A stretch of DNA of 64,000 bases from an uncultured Gemmatimonadales bacterium (GTDB lineage Bacteria > Gemmatimonadota > Gemmatimonadetes > Longimicrobiales > RSA9), in the NCBI GenBank assembly GCA_963783305.1, contig CAWAMW010000013.1, positions 1 to 64,000 on the forward strand. The letters run 5' to 3'. The notes below the pieces were generated by a model that worked only from the letters and a program-made list of their open reading frames with translations, was not told the DNA's origin and did no database searches. This document shows positions 57,553 through 64,000 of this stretch, in pieces (position 1 is the stretch's first letter; the number at the start of each line of letters is the position of its first letter). The position numbers were made by a program, and so were the translations under genes.

Positions 57553-58299
57553 ATGAGGGTCCTGCTACGCATCACAGCGACAGCGGCGCTAGGATTTGCG
57601 ATCGCACTCCCGCAGGCGGCGGAGAGCCAGAGCCTCAGGGGTTCACCGTCATCCGTGGCACGGCAGTACCACGTGGCGCAGGAGCACGATTTTACGTTCC
57701 TGCCGAGCTCCAACCGGATCCACGGCTTCGTGGCGAACGGCTATCTCGTGCGCGTGCCGGGGAACGCCCACTACACGCTTGCCAACGTCTCCTACCCCTA
57801 CGCCCGGCCGGAGGTGAAGCTGTTCATCGAGCGGCTCGCGGCGCAGTACCGCGCGGCGTGTAACGAGCGGCTGGTCGTGACCAGCCTCACACGGCCCCTT
57901 TCCGAGCAGCCACGCAACGCGTCGCAGCGATCCGTCCATCCCACGGGCATGGCGGTGGACATCCGGGTGAGCAACCAGCGCACCTGCCGGAGCTGGATCG
58001 AGCAGACGCTCCTGTCGCTGGAGCGACAGCGGGTCGCGGAGGCCACGCGCGAGCGTTGGCCCCCGCACTACCACGTCGCGGTGTTCCCGCAGCCGTACGC
58101 CCGGTATGTGGCTGCGTTGAGCGACCGGTCGCTCCCACAGCCGGCGAAAGCCATGCACTACGAGGTGCGACGGGGTGACAGCCTCTGGAGCATCGCCCGC
58201 AACTACGGCATCGACGTGGACTCACTGAAGGAGACGAACCACCTGTCCGACAATCAGATCTACGCCGGGCAGACGCTCCAAATCCCGCCGACCCCGTGA
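57553..58299 (+). CDS. DUF5715-family secreted protein with C-terminal LysM
   Basis: Signal peptide; VVTSLTRP, SVHPTGMAVD, PPHYHV; LysM YEVRRGDSLWSIA..IYAGQTLQIP. Confidence 0.85.
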   Translation: MRVLLRITATAALGFAIALPQAAESQSLRGSPSSVARQYHVAQEHDFTFLPSSNRIHGFVANGYLVRVPGNAHYTLANVSYPYARPEVKLFIERLAAQYRAACNERLVVTSLTRPLSEQPRNASQRSVHPTGMAVDIRVSNQRTCRSWIEQTLLSLERQRVAEATRERWPPHYHVAVFPQPYARYVAALSDRSLPQPAKAMHYEVRRGDSLWSIARNYGIDVDSLKETNHLSDNQIYAGQTLQIPPTP

Positions 58300-59117
58300 C
58301 CGACCGCCGGGACGCCCCTCGTGGCGTCATCGGCATGGTGCACCTCCTCCCCCTGCCTGGCGCCCCGCGCTGGAATGGTGACCTGGACACCGTCCTCCAC
58401 CGGGCCGTTGCCGACGCCCGCACCCTGAGCGATGGCGGTGTGGACGCGATCCTCGTGGAGAACTTCGGCGACACACCGTTCCTTCCCGGGGTCGTGGAGC
58501 CGGTGACGGTGGCAGCGATGACACGAGCGGTCGCCGCCGTTCGAGCCGCGCTGGACCGGCCCGTAGGGGTGAACGTCCTCCGGAACGACGCCGCGGCGGC
58601 GCTCGCAGTGGCCGCGGCAACGGGTGCCACGTTCATCCGCGTGAACGTCCATACGGGCGGCATGTTCACTGATCAGGGGTGGATCCAGGGGAAAGCCTCG
58701 GAGACCCTCCGGCTGCGCGCGAGAATCGCCCCGGACGTGGCGATCCTAGCGGACGTCCTGGTGAAGCACGCCACCCCTCCCGCGGGAGCGAACCTCCGCG
58801 ACGCTGCCAGAGACACCTGGGAGCGCGGCCTGGCGGACGCCCTGATCGTCTCGGGAGCAGCCACGGGCGAGGCGACGGATCTCGAGCGGGTCCGGGAGGT
58901 CCGCGAAGCGGTGCCGGAGGCCGTGGTGCTGGTGGGGAGCGGTGTGACGGCGGAGACCGCCGAGGCCACGCTGGCGCACGCCCATGGCGTCATCGTCGGA
59001 AGCGCACTCCAGGAGGGAGGGCTGGCCGGGCGCGCCGTGAAGATCGAGCGCGTGCGCCGGCTGGTGTCCGCCGCGGCCGGTCCGGCGTCAGGCGGCGCCG
59101 CCCCCGGTCGAGTCTAG
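58296..59117 (+). CDS. BtpA/SgcQ family protein
   Basis: IGMVHLLPLPGAP, VENFGD, GVNVLRND, ADVLVKH. Confidence 0.92.
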   Translation: MTDRRDAPRGVIGMVHLLPLPGAPRWNGDLDTVLHRAVADARTLSDGGVDAILVENFGDTPFLPGVVEPVTVAAMTRAVAAVRAALDRPVGVNVLRNDAAAALAVAAATGATFIRVNVHTGGMFTDQGWIQGKASETLRLRARIAPDVAILADVLVKHATPPAGANLRDAARDTWERGLADALIVSGAATGEATDLERVREVREAVPEAVVLVGSGVTAETAEATLAHAHGVIVGSALQEGGLAGRAVKIERVRRLVSAAAGPASGGAAPGRV

Positions 59118-59143
59118 CAGGTCGCTCAAAGGGGAGGCAGGAA

Positions 59144-59193
59144 GCGAACGGTCGCCTCGCGCGAAGCGCGGGCGATCGACCCCCCGCGCCAGC
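59144..59193. repeat. REP-like hairpin repeat, short copy
   Basis: CGGTCGCC-T-CGCGC-GAA-GCGCG-GGCGATCG hairpin; inverted match to both ends of 29223-29363. Confidence 0.75.
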
Positions 59194-59265
59194 GGGTCCC
59201 GAAGGGATCGACCTTCGACCCGCCCCCCCCCGCTCCCCCGTCTTCCGCAGCCTGCCAGGGGCGCG

Positions 59266-59556
59266 TCAGCGCACGTGCCGCTGCTGGTCCTCCGGCTGGT
59301 ACGGCAGCTGGTTCAGGTAGTGCTGCGCCTCCAGATCGATGCGGGAGGTCCGCAGCTGGTCCGTCGCGACGGTGACCTCCGTCTCGAGACCATGCGAATG
59401 GGCGGACACCGTCATGGTGCCATCGCCGCCCTCCAGTGTGACGGAGTGGCCCTCCTGGGCGGTAACCTCCAGCGGGATCCGATCGGGCATGTACTCGGCG
59501 GCCAGCAGGACGGCCTCCCGGCCCCCCATCGCCGTAAGTCTCTGGTATGACGCCAT
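59266..59556 (-). CDS. Small hypothetical protein (96 aa)
   Basis: RBS GGAGGA; MASYQRLTAMGG..; globular-looking composition. Confidence 0.65.
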   Translation of the reverse strand: MASYQRLTAMGGREAVLLAAEYMPDRIPLEVTAQEGHSVTLEGGDGTMTVSAHSHGLETEVTVATDQLRTSRIDLEAQHYLNQLPYQPEDQQRHVR

Positions 59557-59645
59557 CTTGTATCCTCCACCTGTTTCCAGTTTCTGTCTTCGTCCAGACC
59601 GTACCATTGCTGAAGGAGAACGATATCGGCGCCCTCCGGCAAGAG

Positions 59646-60218
59646 TCAGCGGTTCTCGTTGATCCACTCCACCAGCTCGCCGACCGGAAAGAGCCCCACC
59701 GCCACAATGTCCCGCACCTGCACCGCGGGCACACCGGTCAGCCCGGCCGCCGCCGCGGCCGCCTGCTCCCGGATCACTTCGGGCTCGAAGTCATCGAGGC
59801 CGAGAGCGACGTGCATGGCCTCCCGATCCAGACCCGCCGCTCCACCGATGTCCGCCAGAACGTCCAGGCGGGAAATGTCCCGCCCCTCCTCCCAGAGCGC
59901 CCGGTAGATCCCGTGCAGCACGCGCTCCTCGGCCCCGTGGGCGCGTGCATGTGCGACGGCTTCGTGGGCCTTTCGCGTCCTGGGGACCCGCTCGAGCGAG
60001 CCCATCGCCAGCCCCCAATCGTCCGCCGCGGCTCGCGCGGTCGCCATCTCGTCGCCCAGGAGATCGCGGGGGTCGGGCAGCGGTGTCGGGGCGGGGCAGA
60101 GCTCGAAGGGCACCGCCCTCAACGAGAGCCCCGTCTGCCGCGCGGCCTCCTCCGCGATCTGCGCGGCGAGGCGGCAGTACGGGCTGGTGAAGTCGTGGTA
60201 CAGGAGCATTCGATCCAT
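59646..60218 (-). CDS. DsbA/FrnE-like thioredoxin-fold protein
   Basis: YHDFTSPYC, PFELCP, GLTGVPA. Confidence 0.82.
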   Translation of the reverse strand: MDRMLLYHDFTSPYCRLAAQIAEEAARQTGLSLRAVPFELCPAPTPLPDPRDLLGDEMATARAAADDWGLAMGSLERVPRTRKAHEAVAHARAHGAEERVLHGIYRALWEEGRDISRLDVLADIGGAAGLDREAMHVALGLDDFEPEVIREQAAAAAAGLTGVPAVQVRDIVAVGLFPVGELVEWINENR

Positions 60219-60310
60219 GGCGTGGGCAATCTAGCCGCGAAGCCCCGTCGCTTGCCACCGCCTCCACCCTGCCGCCATCTTGGCGGGACTCGAACCACAC
60301 CGAAAGCTTC

Positions 60311-61537
60311 ATGAATTCCAGCCAGACCCCGGGCTCGGCACCCGCAGACGCGATCCAGTTCAGCGACAACGTCAGCCGGTTGCAGCCATCGTCGACCATC
60401 GCCGTCTCCTCCCTTGCCAAGGAGCTACGGGCGCAGGGGCGCGACATCGTCAACCTGAGCGCCGGTGAGCCCGATTTCCCCACACCGCCATTCATCGCCG
60501 GCGCGGGGATCCGAGCGATCCAGGAGGGGCAGACGCGGTACACGCCGGCGCCGGGGATGCCGCGCCTGCGACAGGCGATCGCCGAGTCGCTCTCCGCCGC
60601 CCACGGCGGTGTGCCCACCGATCCCGGCGGTGTGGTGGTGTCGGCGGGGGCGAAGCAGGCGCTGTTCAACGCCCTCTTCGTCCTCGTGGGCCCGGGTGAC
60701 CGTGTCCTGGTGCCGGTGCCCTACTGGACGAGCTATCCGGAGATCGTCCAGCTGGCGCGGGCGGAGCCGGTACCGGTGCATGGCCCCTCCGAGCGCGGAT
60801 ACCGGGTCGGACCGGAGGAGCTCGACGCGGCGTGGGACGAGAGTGTGCGAGCGCTGATCCTCAACTCGCCGTCGAACCCGTCCGGAGCGGTGTACCGGCT
60901 GGAGGAGATCGAGGCGATCGCCGACTGGGCCCGCGAGCGGAACGTCTGGCTGATCAGCGACGAGATCTACGGCCGCCTCTGCTACCTGGAGGGACGGGCC
61001 CCGGGTCTCCTCGATGTCGGAGGGGACCCCCTGGAGTGGGGAGTGGTGATCGACGGCGCCTCGAAGGCGTACGCCATGACCGGCTGGCGGATCGGATACT
61101 CGTACAGCCGCCCGGATCTGGCGTCGAAGATCTCGGCGCTGCAGAGCCACATGACATCGAATGCGGCCACGCCATCACAGCACGCGGCGCTCGCTGCGTT
61201 CACCGCCACCGCCGACCAGGAGCGGGAGCTGCTCGGAATGGCCCTGGAGTTCGAGAAGCGCAGGGACCTCGTTCTGGAGCTGCTGGAGCGGCACCTCCCG
61301 GGCACCGACTTCGTGTCGCCCGAGGGCGCCTTCTACCTCTTCTTCCGGGTGGACCGCTGGTTCGATGAGCGGCGTTCCGACTCCGCGGCGCTGTGCAAAT
61401 GGCTGATCGAAGAGGCGGAGGTGGCGCTCGTCCCGGGCTCCGCGTTTGGTGACGATCGCTACGTCCGGCTCTCCTTCGCCGCCTCGGCCGCGGAGCTCGA
61501 AAAGGCCTTTGATCGTCTCGGAAGGGCGCTGGGATGA
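60311..61537 (+). CDS. PLP-dependent aminotransferase class I/II (aspartate aminotransferase-like)
   Basis: GEPDF, NSPSNPSG, SDEIY, GASKAYAMTGWRIG, PEGAFY. Confidence 0.93.
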   Translation: MNSSQTPGSAPADAIQFSDNVSRLQPSSTIAVSSLAKELRAQGRDIVNLSAGEPDFPTPPFIAGAGIRAIQEGQTRYTPAPGMPRLRQAIAESLSAAHGGVPTDPGGVVVSAGAKQALFNALFVLVGPGDRVLVPVPYWTSYPEIVQLARAEPVPVHGPSERGYRVGPEELDAAWDESVRALILNSPSNPSGAVYRLEEIEAIADWARERNVWLISDEIYGRLCYLEGRAPGLLDVGGDPLEWGVVIDGASKAYAMTGWRIGYSYSRPDLASKISALQSHMTSNAATPSQHAALAAFTATADQERELLGMALEFEKRRDLVLELLERHLPGTDFVSPEGAFYLFFRVDRWFDERRSDSAALCKWLIEEAEVALVPGSAFGDDRYVRLSFAASAAELEKAFDRLGRALG

Positions 61538-62238
61538 TGGGCGAGGACAACGATCGGTCCGTTCTGCTCTCCGGCTATGTCCAGCAGCTGTTCGCCGGCG
61601 AGGACGAGGTCCTGGAAGAGCTCAGGTGCGAGATCGCGCGCCGGGAGCTGCCGGAGATCTACATCTCCGCCGAGGTGGGTCGGCTGCTGCAGGTCCTGCT
61701 GGCGTCGGTCGGGGCCCGCCGCGTCCTGGAGGTCGGCACGCTCGGCGGGTACAGCGCCATCTGGATGGCGCGGGCGCTGCCGGCGGACGGTCGCCTGCTC
61801 AGCGTGGAGGTGGACCCGGAGAGGGCGGGATTCGCCCGGGAGTTCGTGACGCGGGCGGGTCTGGCTGGGGTGATCGAGGTGCGTGAAGGCGATGCCCGCG
61901 AGGTGTTGAAGGAGCTCGCGGCGGGTTCGGAAGCGCCGTTCGACGCGGTGTTCATCGATGCCGACAAGGAGTCGTACGTGGACTACCTCGAGCGTGCACT
62001 CGAGCTGGTCCGGCCCGGGGGTCTGATCATCGCTGACAACGCCTTCCGCGATGGGCGCGTGCTCCATGAGGCGGCCGACGAAGCCACCCGGGGGGTCCAG
62101 CGCTACAACGAACGGATCGCCAGCCACCCTCGACTGGTCTCCACCATCATCCCCATCCGTGATGGTGTGGCCGTATCCGTGGTGGGCGCGCTTCAGACTC
62201 CGGCATCCGAGAGCGCGCTCCGCGTCCGGCCGACGTAG
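61534..62238 (+). CDS. SAM-dependent O-methyltransferase (caffeoyl-CoA/YrrM type)
   Basis: LEVGTLGGYSAIW, FDAVFIDADK, GGLIIADN. Confidence 0.92.
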   Translation: MMGEDNDRSVLLSGYVQQLFAGEDEVLEELRCEIARRELPEIYISAEVGRLLQVLLASVGARRVLEVGTLGGYSAIWMARALPADGRLLSVEVDPERAGFAREFVTRAGLAGVIEVREGDAREVLKELAAGSEAPFDAVFIDADKESYVDYLERALELVRPGGLIIADNAFRDGRVLHEAADEATRGVQRYNERIASHPRLVSTIIPIRDGVAVSVVGALQTPASESALRVRPT

Positions 62239-63092
62239 CCGCCACCGAAAAGATTGACGTGCACCAGCAGGTAGTAGAGCTGGTAGACCGCCCGTCGCGT
62301 GGGGTACCCCGGCGCGACGGGCCAGGACGCGTCGTACGCCGCGCGAAACCCGCTGCCGAACCCACCGAACAGCTCCGCCATGGCCAGGTCCACCTCCCGG
62401 TGCCCGTGGTACACGGATGGGTCGATCACGGCCGCGTCGCCCGCCTGCAGCATGAGGACATTGCCGCTCCAGAAATCGCCGTGCAGCAGCGACGGACCGT
62501 CTTCCTCCGCCGGCGAGAGGAGGTCGCTGAGGCGGCTGTAGAGGTCGTCGAAACGTCGTCGGTCCTCCATGCCGAGCAGGCCGCGCTCCTCGGCCCGCCG
62601 GAGCTGCGGCTCGAGTCGCAGCTCACGCCAGAACTCGCTCCAGTCCGACAGCGGCCGGTTATCCTGCGGGAGTGAGCCAATGAAGTTCTGACGCTCGGCT
62701 CCGAAACGGGCGGCGCCGGAGCGATGCAGCGCCGCGAGCCCGCTCCCCAGTCGCTCCCAGCCAGCGCGGGACTCCGCGCCGGGCTCGAGCCACTCCAGCA
62801 GGAGCCACGGCGGAGCGCTGCTGCGCGATACTCCAATGACCTCGGGGACGCGCAGCGCGGCCGCCGCGGCCAGCTCGTGGAGGCCGGCGGCTTCGGCGCC
62901 CAGAAGCGAGTCCGGCAGCTCGCCGTCGAGCCACTTCAGGAAGAAGAGGTCCCCGGCCGCCGTCCGGATGCGCGCCGTGGGGCTGATGCAACCGCCTCCC
63001 ACGGCTTTCACCTCGGTGATCGCGGTGCGCCGCCCGGTCCGTTCCTCGAGAACCGATTCCACCCCGGCCCTCACTTCGGCCGGGACCCTCAT
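62193..63092 (-). CDS. Fructosamine kinase family protein
   Basis: VGGGCIS, NFIGSLPQ, LLHGDFWSGN, DPSVYHGHREVDLAM. Confidence 0.92.
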   Translation of the reverse strand: MRVPAEVRAGVESVLEERTGRRTAITEVKAVGGGCISPTARIRTAAGDLFFLKWLDGELPDSLLGAEAAGLHELAAAAALRVPEVIGVSRSSAPPWLLLEWLEPGAESRAGWERLGSGLAALHRSGAARFGAERQNFIGSLPQDNRPLSDWSEFWRELRLEPQLRRAEERGLLGMEDRRRFDDLYSRLSDLLSPAEEDGPSLLHGDFWSGNVLMLQAGDAAVIDPSVYHGHREVDLAMAELFGGFGSGFRAAYDASWPVAPGYPTRRAVYQLYYLLVHVNLFGGGYVGRTRSALSDAGV

Positions 63093-63129
63093 GGGCCGCG
63101 ACCGCTGTTCGGGGCGCTCGCCCCCCTGG

Positions 63130-63618
63130 TCACAACCCGTGGCGCTCCACGAGGTAGCGCAGGAGACCCCGCGCCGAACGCTCCACGAGGTCGTGCACGT
63201 CCTCGAACCCGTCGGGTCCACCGAAATACGGGTCCGGGACCTCCGTGCCGCCGTCGGCCTCGGGGTCGAACTCCCTCAGCAGGTGGACCTCCGTCTCCGC
63301 AGGGCCGGCGGCGACCAGCCGGTCGACGGCCCGGCGGTTCTCCTCATCCATCACGACGAGGTAATCGAAGGCGGCCACGTCCTCCGGCCGGACCCGCCGG
63401 CTCTCACCCGTCAGCTCCACGCCACGCCGGAACGCGACCTCGGTCGTGCGTGCGTCCGGGGGCGCGCCGTTGTGGTATCCGGACGTCCCGGCCGAATCGA
63501 TTCGAAAGAACGGCTCGAGCTCCGCTTCGACCACCACCTGTCGGAAGAGCGCCTCCGCCAGTGGCGAGCGACAGATGTTGCCGAGGCAGACGAACAACAC
63601 GGAGATCTTGTGCTTCAC
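63130..63618 (-). CDS. Low-molecular-weight protein-tyrosine phosphatase
   Basis: VLFVCLGNICRSPLAE, IDSAGT, VPDPYFG. Confidence 0.95.
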   Translation of the reverse strand: MKHKISVLFVCLGNICRSPLAEALFRQVVVEAELEPFFRIDSAGTSGYHNGAPPDARTTEVAFRRGVELTGESRRVRPEDVAAFDYLVVMDEENRRAVDRLVAAGPAETEVHLLREFDPEADGGTEVPDPYFGGPDGFEDVHDLVERSARGLLRYLVERHGL

Positions 63619-63725
63619 GACTTCGCCCTGTGGGGGTGCGGTGAACGGTGAAAAACGGCGTCACTCGCCTGTCTGTCAAGGCGAATGCCGGCGCGGCACG
63701 AACTCCGCATGTATCTTGCCCGACA

Positions 63726-64000
63726 TGAGCCGTCCAATACGACCCCGACCGAGTGCACGAGTGAGCCGCCGCCCGCCGCGCCGCCGACGCCCCAGCGCCG
63801 GAGCCGCGCAGCGTCAGGCCAAGGGCCGGCTGCGGCACTTTCGTCAGGCCTCCATGGTCGCGGTGGGCGCCACCAGTCTCCTGATCCTCCTGCTCGGGGG
63901 CCCGGCGACCGGCGGTGCGGAAACCGCGGGTGTGGCAGCCGCCATGTCCCTGCAGGATACCACTCCCCAGGACACGGCTCTGGACGACACCCTGGCGGGC
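63726..64000 (+). CDS. Partial CDS (Arg-rich N-terminus, one TM helix), runs off the window
   Basis: Open frame from ATG 63726: MSRPIRPRP..MVAVGATSLLILLLGG.. Confidence 0.5.

Noticed and set aside
1..64000. CRISPR arrays, tRNA (including tRNA-Sec), rRNA, transposases, integrases, defence systems, exosortase
   Set aside because: None recognised in the sequence or ORF track; an exosortase is expected elsewhere in the genome

Overview
High-GC bacterial chromosomal segment. The gene repertoire (DUF5916, VPS10/BNR hydrolase, Oar-type TonB receptor, DUF5715-LysM, many lipoproteins) suggests Gemmatimonadota; this is inference. Positions 1-27 kb form an exopolysaccharide/PEP-CTERM surface locus: ABC exporter fragment, GT2, two pyruvyl transferases, DegT aminotransferase, PPIase, two PEP-CTERM proteins, FemAB-like protein, XrtA-type deacetylase, LMW phosphatase, TonB receptor plus OB-repeat lipoprotein, two VanZ paralogs, a soluble histidine kinase, a sigma54 response regulator, two degenerate REC-GGDEF proteins and glmS. 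No exosortase lies in the window. Five intergenic copies of a tandem dyad (YGT-N12-ACA-N3-YGT-N12-ACA) were found by eye. Four sit near candidate sigma54 promoters and one abuts the regulator's own promoter, suggesting a self-contained regulon. Positions 27-64 kb hold mixed housekeeping and accessory genes, including a selenocysteine-containing selD (in-frame UGA plus SECIS-like hairpin) that the ORF track splits, and two copies of a REP-like mini-hairpin repeat. Several frameshifts look like indel assembly errors. No CRISPR array, rRNA, tRNA or transposase was seen. All family assignments come from motif recognition, not database searches.
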